Assembly: GCA_019828565.1 (NCBI GenBank)
Contig: JAHDYR010000005.1
Span: 1,569,992-1,633,991, forward strand
Direction: 5' to 3'
Length of the DNA stretch: 64,000 nt
Source of the DNA: Carpediemonas membranifera BICM
Taxonomy: Eukaryota; Protista; Fornicata
In this document: piece by piece, positions 51,032-61,069 of the stretch
Position numbering within the stretch: position 1 is the first letter of the stretch
Layout of the letters: each line of letters begins with the position of its first letter
Translations under genes and position numbers: made by a program
The notes under the pieces: generated by a model
Databases searched by the model: none
The model's input: only the letters and a program-made list of their open reading frames with translations
Told to the model about the DNA's origin: nothing

Positions 51032-54000
51032 TTAGCGGGATCGGATGCTCTTAATCAGCGCAGAGTAGTGCCTAGACCTGACGAAAGCAGGGTAGAGCTC
51101 CCTCAGGGCGGCAATGGCCGAGTCCTGCGCCTTCTGGAAGAGACGCACAGGCGGCTGCTCGGAGTTGCGGTGGAATTGCCTCACAGTGTCGTTATAGACC
51201 TGCTTGGCCTGTTCTGTTCCAGCTGGCAGAGGCTCCCACGCGTTGGGGGCTAAGAATCTCTCGACGATAACCGACGCCCGCACGGCCGCCCGAGCCACGT
51301 TTCTCATCTGGGTGTACTCGTGAACTGAGACGTAGAAGGATAACGCCGCCTGCAGCTCGGTTGTCCCCGCTTGATTGATGGAAGCAAGGAATGAGTCGAG
51401 GAATTTGCGGTACTCTCCGTGCTCAAGAATCGATCGCAGCGGGATCGGGGGCGTGTCAATGGCATAGGAGCTGTCGCTGCGCTCAGGGCCCTTGACAGAT
51501 GCTGTGGGACTCCTTGTCTGGTCGAGGGGCCGGGGACGGGTCAGGCCGAAGTTATGTGACCGGGGCAGTGAAGTCATGGGCCGGGTGGGCGGAGTGTCGA
51601 CCCGCACGGGACCGTACGGTACCGTCTCGCCCATCAGAAGGTCGCGGGCAGAGGGGCGGCCTGACGCGGAGCTGGGCTGGTGCGGCATGGTGTGTGACCT
51701 GACCGCGACAGGGTCTTCGAACAGATCAGGGGACCACCGGCCGCTGTGCTGGGTGGCGACGCTCTCAGCTCTCAGTGGGGGCAGGGGGGCCTCGGACTCG
51801 GCCTTGCCCCAGGCGTGGGTGGGGGTGGGGCAAAGGACGCCGGCCTGGGCCATCACGCCCTCAACATCGAAGTCAGAGTCGGAGTCGATAATGGAGTCGT
51901 CGTGTATGACAACGGTGGCGGCCACAGACACACTCTCGCCTGTAGCAGCGCCCGGGTAGTGCCGAACTGGCACCGTATCCGCGGGCACGGGGCTCTTACT
52001 GGTGATGGGCGACTCCAGGACCGGGGCGGTCCTGGGCCCGGCCGTTGTCAGGGCGGGGGGTGCAGCCCGGGTCGGCTCCGGGAGAGGTTCGGCGGGGCTG
52101 GGCTCAGCTGGCTTCTCCTCCTTGTCGGTTTCGTGATCGTGATCGTGCTCGGCCTCGCTCTCGGAATCTGCGTCACTGGTCCTATCGGGTTCAGCCAGGT
52201 TGGGCTTGTCAGACACCGCGGCGGGTGTGGGTTCGACTGCAGACAGGTCAGCCTCGGAGCTAGACATGGAGGGGCTGCACTCAGACTCGGTGACGCTCTC
52301 AGTATCAGAGCCACCAGCAGGAGACAGCGGCAGCACAATCTTGGGAAGATCGGGGAGATCTGAGAGATACGATTTGACGCATTCAATCGTGTGACTGGGG
52401 CCGCATTCGACGACCTCTTCGTCCTCAACGGAGAGAGCGGCAGCATATAACACAACGCCGGCCTCGGGCAGGCTGAACAGGTCGGGCTTGGCGAGCACGG
52501 TGCTGACAAGCGCGTGGGCAGCGGGCAGATGGGCAAGGAGGGCGTCGAGGACAATGAGGCCGGCGCGGTTGGCGGTCTCTACCGATGATTCGAGTGCGAG
52601 TTTGATTGATTCAAATACGAGAGTCGACTTCTCCTCAAGGACGAGGGACGCGACCGCCTCAGACAGGACCGTGCCGATCACGTGGGCGACAGACTTGGCA
52701 CTGTTGCCGAGGGGAGTGACTGGGCTGGCTGGCTTGGCGACGATGACCTCGGCCTGGACCTCAAGGGCCTCGAGGGCAGTCGAGCTGGCGTCACAGGCAT
52801 CGAGAAGGTCGATAAGGGCAAGACAGCAGTCGGCAAGGGCTACGGCCACAACACCGCGGGGGGCAGCGAATGAGGTGACTGAGCACTCGAGGTCAAGCGC
52901 CAGGGCTGCTACGACAAGAGCCAGGCTGACAGCGGCGTTGGCGGGCTGTGTGACGTCGGTGAGCTGCTCGACCCGCATCATAGCAAGCTGTGCGGCCGAG
53001 ACGGCAGGCAGCGAACCGCCGAGCGCGTCCATCAGCAGTGCGGCGGGGAGACCAGGGGCGCTGGGCCATGTCTTGTCGCGGTGCGAGCGGAGGGCGCGGG
53101 CTGCGGCCGTCCGCACTGTCAGCGCTGGGTGGTGGGCGAGGGCCATGGCGGGAAGAGGGGACACAAGATCGCCTAAGTCGGCCACCGTATCAGAAATAGA
53201 TTCGATGATAGTCTCCGCGACTTCAGACTCGATTGCTCTGTGCAGCATGTGGAGTACGGCCGGCTCAGATTCACGGTGGGGGCATGCGGCGATTACAGGG
53301 AGAAGAGACGCGACAGTAGACCAGCTGACCTCGGCTTCGGACACTACAGTTCCGAGCTGAGTCTGCACGGCAGGGAGCCATAGCGTCTGGATGTCCGGGT
53401 CCGTGTCGAGCACTAGGTCGACAAATACCCGACCCGTCATGGTCTCGTCGAGAGATAAGGGGTTTGTGCGGTCTATGGCGGCGTACTCATCCTGCACGTC
53501 GGGTTCAGGGGAGACCAGCGCCAGCTGGTGGAGCAAGGCGGGGAGGAAGGCCGTCTTGGCGTCGCTGTGGGTGAGGATGTGAGTGAACAGGAAGTGCAGT
53601 GGGCCCAGCCTCCCCTCTAGGACGGCAATGCCGAGTGAGAGGAGGTGGGAGGGCCTGTTAGACATAATGGGGGCCAGGGCGGCGAGCATCGCATCGCGGT
53701 CGTCCTTGATGACAGCAACAGCTGATGGCTTGGCGCCTATGGTGGCCACTGCCTTTGCCACGCTGTCGATGTCCATTCTGTCGATCAAAACACCGAACTC
53801 GATGGGAAAGTCAGGCGTGGGGAAGGCGGTGAGTGCCTTCTCGAGGTTGGAGGCATTCGGGGAGATGTAACGCGCGGTGGCTGCAGCCAGACTGCACTTG
53901 GCAGCGGCGAGTGCGGTAAAAAGACCGTCTGCGAATTCTACAGGCTTAGTGATGACAGCCTTCTTCTGTTCAGACACAAAGACGACTGTCGCGAGCAGGC

Positions 54001-57000
54001 CGGCCACGAGGGCGGGCCCAGCCTGTGGAGGGAGGACTGGGGCGCTGTCCTCTGCATACCCTGTGCTCTTACGGAGGGAGGAGATGATCGCTCCCACTGC
54101 AGCGACGGCAATGACATCTTCGGTGGGCGATGACGAGCGGATTAAGATCTTGGCGATCAGTGCGGGGTCTGTGACAAGCGGGGCCGCGTTGGCGACCCCT
54201 GTCAGCAGGGCAAGGACGACGTCGGCACTGACATCGTCGAGTTGACCGAGAATGGCGCTGGTGATAGCCTTTGAATTCATCAAAGCTGCAGTGACTCTGC
54301 TCGAGTTCATGACTGCACTGAGAGTCGGGACAGACTCTGGGCCAATGACGTCCTGGGAGATCCCCAGGGAAAGGAGGGCACACAGGGCCTTAGTAACCAC
54401 AGGCTGGGGCGGGATGGCGGCAATGGTTGACAACAGCGGCTCGAGCGGGGCTGTGTCAAGCCGGGGCATCCCACCTGCCTTGATAAACCGGAATGCCGTG
54501 TTGAACCCGAGTCTGAGTGCGGCAAAGACAGGCTCGGGGGCCGTGGGTGAAACCAGGGGCAGGATGTGCGAGAGGACGGCGGCGTAGCAAGACTGGACGA
54601 GGGCAGTGGCCTCCTGGTCCTCGGGCTTGAGTGGGGAGACGCTGGTGGCCTGGAGAACCGTGGCGAGGATGGCTGGGCCGGGGGTCGAGACCGGTTTCTT
54701 CTTGGATGACTTCTTGCCCTTGGATACTGCGGGTGGGTCGCCCGCGAGGTCGAGCGCGGTGTCAAGGGCCAACCGAGACGGCCCAAGCAGTCTCACAGCA
54801 ACATGGGCGCAGGACCGGGTGGGCTCCTCGGTGGAGGTAATGAGGGTGGGCCACATGTCACAGACAGAGCGGTCGAATATTGATCTCCAGGTCGGGCCGG
54901 GGGTCGTGTCGGCGTCGAGCAGGCTGGCCGCGGGAGGTAAGGTGACCCCGTCGCAACCAGTGGCGGCAGAAGCGAAGATACACAGCAGTGGGGCGGCCAT
55001 AAACTCAGTGGGCTTGGTCAGGCCGTACATCACAAGCTCTGCGACTGTGGGAGAGTCATCGTGGGGCAGGGAGAGGGCCAGGGCGGCGGCGGCCTGGATG
55101 GTGTAGTCGGGTGATTCAATCAGACTGGTGATTGATATGCATGAATCTGTCTCAATTTCGAGAGTTGGAACGACATTTGTGAGATCATCAACAAGTGCAG
55201 CAGCAAGTTCAGGCAGAGCGGCGGTACCAAGCGTCGCGAACATGCCAGACGACCCAGCAACACCGAGTACGGCATCCACAGCAGCAGAGCAACCGAGGGC
55301 CACTCTTCTTGCGGCCGGGTCTACCGAGGTCATGACCGTGAGCAGGGCTGCGTCCATACGGTGGATGGCGGCCACAGTCAGCGGGGTCAGGACGGGTGTG
55401 TCCATCGCCCAGTCAGAGATGATGGCGTGGACCCCAACCAGTGCGGGTGCAGTGGCTACGAGCAACTGGTGAGTGACGGAGTCGACCAGCGCCGACCTGG
55501 TTTCATCGGGCTGTGTCTTGTCGTGCGTGATAGTGCGTACGGACTTGATGAACTCCGTCCAGACATCAGCGTGCGGCACAGTCATGGCCTTGGAAGCTGT
55601 GGTGATCACGCTGCTGGTCGGCTGGGCTGCCCGGAGTAATGGGGCCGAATCACAGGGCAGCGGCAGAAGGTGGAGTGATTTGACGAGTTCAACGGCCAGG
55701 AGCTCCGGCTGCTCGACCACCTCCGCGGTCGACCCATCCGTAGGCGGGGCGGGCATGTCATTGTACTCAGAGACCAGGTCCCGGGCTTCGTCAAAGGCGA
55801 GCACCGGGCCGGGGTCAGAGACGGATGCAGCTCCGCCGACAGTCGCCCCGAATGAGGCAGTGGAGAGGGTCTTAGCTACAGCTGCGAGTAGTGAGCGGAC
55901 GGCATTGGGGTCGGCGATGGAGGGGGTCGGGCCCGAGAACGTGAAGGCAGGCAGTGGGGCCGAGGGGGAAGCTGTTGCATGGGTGGCGACGGCCTCGGAG
56001 CTGCTTGGGCTGGCTACAAGGAAGGTTGAGGGCACAGGCTCGGTCTCGAGGATGTGTCTGGCGAGTCTGGCGCCTGCAACAAGGGCGACACCGTCACTGC
56101 CGAGCAGTCTGGCCACCACCATGGTAAGCTCAACCGCGGGGTCAGCCGAGACGATCATCGCGACGTCTACGATGAGGTCGACCATGATCTGGTCGATGGG
56201 GACCTTGGACAGCGTCCGATCCTTGGCTTGGGAAAGAACCGTGGCCAGTACGGCAACGAGGGGGCCGCTATGTGGGTGGGGCTTCTCCGAAGTCAGCGCA
56301 GTGGGGCGTGTGAGCTCTACAGCGTCCGAGAGTGTCCCGGGGATGTGGGTTGAGGCCATGTCGCCGGGCAGCCATAGCCCTGCGCCCATCCAGACGGCGT
56401 GGGTAGGGGCGAGGGCCAGTCGGGCAGCATACCACATGCTGGCGGGCTTCTTCGCCTTGGGCAGGGCCTTGGCTATGCGTTTGAACAGACCTGGGTCGTC
56501 GCTGGCGTCGAGCGTCATGGCAGCGACGGCAGCAGCGGCCTCGGGGTACGCTTCCGGGTCCTTGGCGAGGGAGGTGAGCGACGGAAGTATGGCCGCGAGT
56601 TTCTGGTCAACAGACTCCGCTTCTGACTCCTCGGTGGCGAGGGCCTTGTACGCGGAGACGAGGCCAGTCAGACCGAGGCACCCCGCACGGTGGTGGGGCT
56701 GGGTGTTCTTGGCCGACTTATCCAGCCCTGCAGCCAGCATGTTGAGGTGCTCGACCAGTGATTCGCCCACAAGGTCGTCCTCGGCGTGGGGCTGGACGTA
56801 AACGGCGAGAGTGGCGGCACGTGACGAGTCACAGGCCTCAGAGATGGCGGTGACAACGTCGCCGTACGCCAGGAATGACAGGGAGCCGAGTACTGCGGCA
56901 AGCTGGGGCGTGGTCTGGTCTTCAAGGATAAGACAGACCGACGGCGTCTTTGGGCCGCTCATGGGTGGGGCATTGACGGCGTAGTCGATGATCGTGTCGA

Positions 57001-57487
57001 CGGCGTCCACCAGGATGTCCTCTTTGGCGAACATAGTGATGATGAGCAGGAGGTCGGCGATCACAGCGGATGTAAAGGCTGCTGCTACAGTCTGCTGTGG
57101 CCCCTCAGCAATCTCGAGGTCATCCAGGATAGAATCAAACGTCAACGCGTCTTCTGGGATGTCACGGGGGATGTACTGCTTGCCGTGGGAGATGCAAGCG
57201 GCCTGCGAGTAATGGGGCGAGAGAGAGAGCAGACGCTGCACGAGTTGGGGCAGGGACGTGGACTGCGAGACGTCCAGGATGGTGTTGAATATGGATACAA
57301 AGGCTGGGTTCGACCTGTAGCTCAGAAGTTGCAGTGCTGCGTCGGCATCGAACTTTGGCTTCTTCTTGGGTGAGATTTCAACGGTGAGGTGCTGAGCTTG
57401 GTAGAATTCGACAATATGCATGCGTATGTTGCTTGTTATTGCGATCGAAAGCGCGTCGGTTGGCTCAGAGCCTTCTTTCGACGACAT
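51032..57487 (-). CDS. Large helical-repeat (possibly Furry/MOR2-like) protein with a C-terminal RGS domain
   Basis: The last 135 or so residues fit RGS: LRSILEH...F..FL...LSFY..V.EY...A..IVERFL...LFQKAQ......L.ELYPAFVRS..Y. The rest is Ala/Leu-rich and helical. Confidence 0.75.
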   Translation of the reverse strand: MSSKEGSEPTDALSIAITSNIRMHIVEFYQAQHLTVEISPKKKPKFDADAALQLLSYRSNPAFVSIFNTILDVSQSTSLPQLVQRLLSLSPHYSQAACISHGKQYIPRDIPEDALTFDSILDDLEIAEGPQQTVAAAFTSAVIADLLLIITMFAKEDILVDAVDTIIDYAVNAPPMSGPKTPSVCLILEDQTTPQLAAVLGSLSFLAYGDVVTAISEACDSSRAATLAVYVQPHAEDDLVGESLVEHLNMLAAGLDKSAKNTQPHHRAGCLGLTGLVSAYKALATEESEAESVDQKLAAILPSLTSLAKDPEAYPEAAAAVAAMTLDASDDPGLFKRIAKALPKAKKPASMWYAARLALAPTHAVWMGAGLWLPGDMASTHIPGTLSDAVELTRPTALTSEKPHPHSGPLVAVLATVLSQAKDRTLSKVPIDQIMVDLIVDVAMIVSADPAVELTMVVARLLGSDGVALVAGARLARHILETEPVPSTFLVASPSSSEAVATHATASPSAPLPAFTFSGPTPSIADPNAVRSLLAAVAKTLSTASFGATVGGAASVSDPGPVLAFDEARDLVSEYNDMPAPPTDGSTAEVVEQPELLAVELVKSLHLLPLPCDSAPLLRAAQPTSSVITTASKAMTVPHADVWTEFIKSVRTITHDKTQPDETRSALVDSVTHQLLVATAPALVGVHAIISDWAMDTPVLTPLTVAAIHRMDAALLTVMTSVDPAARRVALGCSAAVDAVLGVAGSSGMFATLGTAALPELAAALVDDLTNVVPTLEIETDSCISITSLIESPDYTIQAAAALALSLPHDDSPTVAELVMYGLTKPTEFMAAPLLCIFASAATGCDGVTLPPAASLLDADTTPGPTWRSIFDRSVCDMWPTLITSTEEPTRSCAHVAVRLLGPSRLALDTALDLAGDPPAVSKGKKSSKKKPVSTPGPAILATVLQATSVSPLKPEDQEATALVQSCYAAVLSHILPLVSPTAPEPVFAALRLGFNTAFRFIKAGGMPRLDTAPLEPLLSTIAAIPPQPVVTKALCALLSLGISQDVIGPESVPTLSAVMNSSRVTAALMNSKAITSAILGQLDDVSADVVLALLTGVANAAPLVTDPALIAKILIRSSSPTEDVIAVAAVGAIISSLRKSTGYAEDSAPVLPPQAGPALVAGLLATVVFVSEQKKAVITKPVEFADGLFTALAAAKCSLAAATARYISPNASNLEKALTAFPTPDFPIEFGVLIDRMDIDSVAKAVATIGAKPSAVAVIKDDRDAMLAALAPIMSNRPSHLLSLGIAVLEGRLGPLHFLFTHILTHSDAKTAFLPALLHQLALVSPEPDVQDEYAAIDRTNPLSLDETMTGRVFVDLVLDTDPDIQTLWLPAVQTQLGTVVSEAEVSWSTVASLLPVIAACPHRESEPAVLHMLHRAIESEVAETIIESISDTVADLGDLVSPLPAMALAHHPALTVRTAAARALRSHRDKTWPSAPGLPAALLMDALGGSLPAVSAAQLAMMRVEQLTDVTQPANAAVSLALVVAALALDLECSVTSFAAPRGVVAVALADCCLALIDLLDACDASSTALEALEVQAEVIVAKPASPVTPLGNSAKSVAHVIGTVLSEAVASLVLEEKSTLVFESIKLALESSVETANRAGLIVLDALLAHLPAAHALVSTVLAKPDLFSLPEAGVVLYAAALSVEDEEVVECGPSHTIECVKSYLSDLPDLPKIVLPLSPAGGSDTESVTESECSPSMSSSEADLSAVEPTPAAVSDKPNLAEPDRTSDADSESEAEHDHDHETDKEEKPAEPSPAEPLPEPTRAAPPALTTAGPRTAPVLESPITSKSPVPADTVPVRHYPGAATGESVSVAATVVIHDDSIIDSDSDFDVEGVMAQAGVLCPTPTHAWGKAESEAPLPPLRAESVATQHSGRWSPDLFEDPVAVRSHTMPHQPSSASGRPSARDLLMGETVPYGPVRVDTPPTRPMTSLPRSHNFGLTRPRPLDQTRSPTASVKGPERSDSSYAIDTPPIPLRSILEHGEYRKFLDSFLASINQAGTTELQAALSFYVSVHEYTQMRNVARAAVRASVIVERFLAPNAWEPLPAGTEQAKQVYNDTVRQFHRNSEQPPVRLFQKAQDSAIAALRELYPAFVRSRHYSALIKSIRSR

Positions 57488-57662
57488 TCTCGCTCACGCT
57501 TGTTGTGCAACCAAAATTGTACAAAACTGCGACCAAAATTCCTCGAACTTTTCTGAGGCTGCTGGGGCATTGTAGTGGTGTTCTGCCAGGTATTCGCTCA
57601 GTCTGACCCAGTTCCCGTTCCCGCATTTTATGTCTCTTTCTCATAGTCAAACTCTGGCAATA

Positions 57663-58004
57663 ATGGCTCAAGAGGAAACAAAACAAACTGCAGGCACGCG
57701 ACCTCCCATCGAATCAACTGAGGCCATGGTTGAAGCACTCCCCAAGTTCCTGCAGCCCGGTGCGTCGCCAGCATGGTTCGGACTGCTCATTTTGCTCAGC
57801 CTCGGCGCAGTTGGTGTCAATGTTATGCTCTACGTCGTGTTCCCAGAGCACTATCTCCTCTTCATCCCCATGTCCATTCTTCTCGTGCCCTTTCTCGTCG
57901 GCGTTGTGCTGGTGATGAGCAGCTATGCCAACAATCCTGAGGCCAACCCCCAGGCCCCAGGCAAGTCAACAGTGAGTAAGAAGGGAGACAAAAAGACCCT
58001 GTGA
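57663..58004 (+). CDS. Small membrane protein with two transmembrane helices
   Basis: Two hydrophobic stretches and a C-terminal KKTL. Confidence 0.7.
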   Translation: MAQEETKQTAGTRPPIESTEAMVEALPKFLQPGASPAWFGLLILLSLGAVGVNVMLYVVFPEHYLLFIPMSILLVPFLVGVVLVMSSYANNPEANPQAPGKSTVSKKGDKKTL

Positions 58005-58169
58005 TTCCTCCGTCGTCATTTCATGGCAGTCTCGTGATAGCGCGCTGAAAAGATAAACAACTGCGGACATTCGCCCCCATTCATGGAACCTCACATGTTC
58101 CGTTACAGAGGCTAGCTGTAGTCGATCCATATCTGTCGCAATTTTTGTGCAGAATACGAACAGCCGCGG

Positions 58170-59843
58170 ATGTTGGGAACAAGCATGCCTGCCAGCAATT
58201 GGTCGCCTGGAGCAGGTAACTGGACGGCGGGAACAGAGAGAAAGATGAACCACTTGTTCTTTAACTTCATTTCGCTTCCCGAAACCCAGAAGATCATCGA
58301 ACAGCTCTTTGAAGCAGCCAAAGCAGGCACGATACAGCAGAAGTTCGATGAATTAGCGCCCACGCGCCGCACAGATTCACCACTCCGCAAAATCTGCAGC
58401 GAGATGCCGCCGTCTTCACCAAGGACCCCAGCTAGCCCCCGCAACCAGGAGCTGTCCACACCAACGAAACCTGCCGCCGAGGACATCATGGCGTCCGACT
58501 TTGACACGCCCCCGTCCTTGGAATCGTCTCTGGTGTCGAACCTGACGATGACACCGATCCCGCCCCGCACTGGTGCCATACGAATGAGTGAGGATGAACT
58601 AGCCTCCCTATTGAGAGAAGGGAGCATGGTACCGCCCATATACGACCCCGAGTCCATTAGAAAGCCCCGCGCTGACACTGTACGCGAGCTGGCAGCAATT
58701 GACAAGGTTTTCGAGGAGTTCCCCAATGGGGTTGGGATGCTCGACAGACTGCAACAGGGCAGGGCCCACCCCTTCGCATTCAGGGACGTCCTCCTCCGTG
58801 ACGTCTGCCGCCTGCCCGGTTTCTTCGGTCCCCTCATGTTCCGCCAGATTTCTGCCAAGGACCTCGTCGGCAAGGAGGAGTTCGTTACCTGGTATAACGC
58901 TAAAATGCGGAACAAGGACGACGCTGAGCGCTTTGTGAGCGTCCTTGCCCCCGACGACCGCTCCTACCTCGAGTTCAGCGACTTCCTCCCCCCTCTAGAG
59001 ATCTTGCTGGACTCGCACCCCGGTCTCGATTTCCTCAAAGAAACACCCGAGTTCCAGCTGAAGTACATTAGGACGATCGTATGTCGTATTATGTTTGCCG
59101 CGGATGAGAGCAACACTGGTAGGGTTGGGCCGAGGCACCTGAGACGGGCAGACATTGTCTCAGCTTTCAGGGAGGTTGACCAGACTGAGGACGTCAACGC
59201 TGTGCTTCGTTTCTTCAGTTATGAGCACTTTTACGTCATTTACTGCAAGTTCTGGGAGCTTGACCGCGACCACGACCACCTGTTGTCCGAGACAGACCTT
59301 GCAGCGTACGGCAACTACTCTCTCTCCACCCGTTGCGTCGAGCGGATCTTCCAAGAGGTCCCGCGTCGTTTCACCAGCGGCGTGCGCGGCATGATGGGCT
59401 TTGAGGACTTCGTGTGGTTCATCTTGGCCGAGGAGGACAAGAACCAGCTCCCCTCTCAGCGCTACTGGTTCTCCATCGCCGATAGAGACGGCGACGGCTT
59501 CACAACCCCCGCGGACTTCGAGTATTTCTTCACCGAGCAACAGGAGCGCTTGAGACATATCGGGTTCGAGGAGATCGAGCTTCAGGACGCCCGGTGTCAA
59601 ATGATCGATATGGTCAACCCGCCCGAGGAGACACTGATCAGCCTTGACGACATCCGCCGCAGTTTAATGCCTGCGAACTACTACAACCTCATCTTTAACC
59701 TCAATAAGCTTATGATGTTCGAGCGGAAGGACCCATATACATATCACTTCGATGCATCCGCCCCTGAGCAGTGCGACTGGGATCGTTGGGCGAGGGTCGA
59801 GTATGACCGGCTCGAGGCCCTTGACGAGGATGACGGATACTGA
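58170..59843 (+). CDS. PP2A regulatory subunit B'' (PR72 family, EF-hand)
   Basis: HPGLDFLKETPEFQ, FFSYEHFYVIYCKFWELDRDHD, FVWFILAEEDK, YWF..DRDGDG. Confidence 0.95.
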   Translation: MLGTSMPASNWSPGAGNWTAGTERKMNHLFFNFISLPETQKIIEQLFEAAKAGTIQQKFDELAPTRRTDSPLRKICSEMPPSSPRTPASPRNQELSTPTKPAAEDIMASDFDTPPSLESSLVSNLTMTPIPPRTGAIRMSEDELASLLREGSMVPPIYDPESIRKPRADTVRELAAIDKVFEEFPNGVGMLDRLQQGRAHPFAFRDVLLRDVCRLPGFFGPLMFRQISAKDLVGKEEFVTWYNAKMRNKDDAERFVSVLAPDDRSYLEFSDFLPPLEILLDSHPGLDFLKETPEFQLKYIRTIVCRIMFAADESNTGRVGPRHLRRADIVSAFREVDQTEDVNAVLRFFSYEHFYVIYCKFWELDRDHDHLLSETDLAAYGNYSLSTRCVERIFQEVPRRFTSGVRGMMGFEDFVWFILAEEDKNQLPSQRYWFSIADRDGDGFTTPADFEYFFTEQQERLRHIGFEEIELQDARCQMIDMVNPPEETLISLDDIRRSLMPANYYNLIFNLNKLMMFERKDPYTYHFDASAPEQCDWDRWARVEYDRLEALDEDDGY

Positions 59844-60047
59844 GAGAAGGCGCATGATAAAGATGCTTATGCTGTGAGACTGACTGCTCGTTGTGATGGC
59901 ACGGTCCTCGGCTCGGCGAAGGGACTGTTGAAGTATCATAGAGTGCACAGTGCAAGCAGTAAAGTAGGACTCTTGTTGTATCGAGTCGTTATTTCGGGAC
60001 CGTTGGTTTCGCAGTTTACGGCATCTCGGCGCGTTCTTTGTGAGCTG

Positions 60048-60818
60048 ATGAACACGGTAGATCTGCTAAGACTGTTGCACAGTGACGACAGTGATGATGA
60101 TACAGCGGATGTGCTTTTGAAACTCCTCCAACAGTTGGAGTCAGCAGAGAAACAGCGCCCACCACCAGTAGAGTACTGCTCCGTTGGTGTACAGGTGTCT
60201 CCGCCCGAAATCCCACCAGTGAAAGTGAAAAGTACAGGAATACAGCCCGAAAAGCCACGCCGCCGCACTGTAGGGATCCAGTATCACCCGCCAAAGCAGC
60301 CCCAGCCCCAGATTGTGCAGAAGACCTCCACTCGCGTCCTACCAGTCGTGATAGAGCGCGTACAAGCCTACTACGAGGACCCCATGCCGTCATACCACGA
60401 GCCCAGGCCGGTACGGTCGCCCTCACCGACCCCGACGCCGTCCCCCGCCCCCGATCGCCCAGAGCCCACCCCCACCCCGACAAGCCACAGGCCTGGAATA
60501 GAATACCCCGATATAACCCGGTCACGCCGCAGTCCCGTCGCGACGAGCCACAGTCCAATCATGCCGGCCCCCGCCCCTTTCAGTCCAATGGCCATGACTG
60601 CGGTGAAGTCGGCATCACTGGCATCCACCCGGACGTCGGAGTCCGTGGTGTCAGATCACAGCACTGGGCGATCAGACTGGTCCCGGCCGACATACGACAT
60701 GCCCACACCGCCCCGGCCAGTGGCGCCATCCGAGTCCAGACACAAGCAGGCGATCGCTGAGCTGCGGCGGGCGATGGAGGCGGTTAGTATGGAAGAGAGG
60801 TTGGGCGGCTTCTTCTAG
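60048..60818 (+). CDS. Pro/Ser-rich unknown protein
   Basis: ORF with first ATG at 60048; short (S/T)xG(V/I)Q repeats. Confidence 0.6.
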   Translation: MNTVDLLRLLHSDDSDDDTADVLLKLLQQLESAEKQRPPPVEYCSVGVQVSPPEIPPVKVKSTGIQPEKPRRRTVGIQYHPPKQPQPQIVQKTSTRVLPVVIERVQAYYEDPMPSYHEPRPVRSPSPTPTPSPAPDRPEPTPTPTSHRPGIEYPDITRSRRSPVATSHSPIMPAPAPFSPMAMTAVKSASLASTRTSESVVSDHSTGRSDWSRPTYDMPTPPRPVAPSESRHKQAIAELRRAMEAVSMEERLGGFF

Positions 60819-61069
60819 GGGGAGGGCGGTTCGTTGGATGGCAGCAAGGTTTGTTCATGTTTTTATTATGGATACGATACTTTTATAATCATAAATAATT
60901 GGTTCTCATTGGCACAGGCTTCGAGGCGCCCGCACACGAGAGGCAGACCGCGACAACATCGGAGTCCATGTCGAGCGATAAAGAATCGACCGACATCACA
61001 CTTATATGCGACCTGGAGCTGTGATCGTTTATTTTACTATGCGAGGCCACACTGCTGTCTCGCCGCTCA

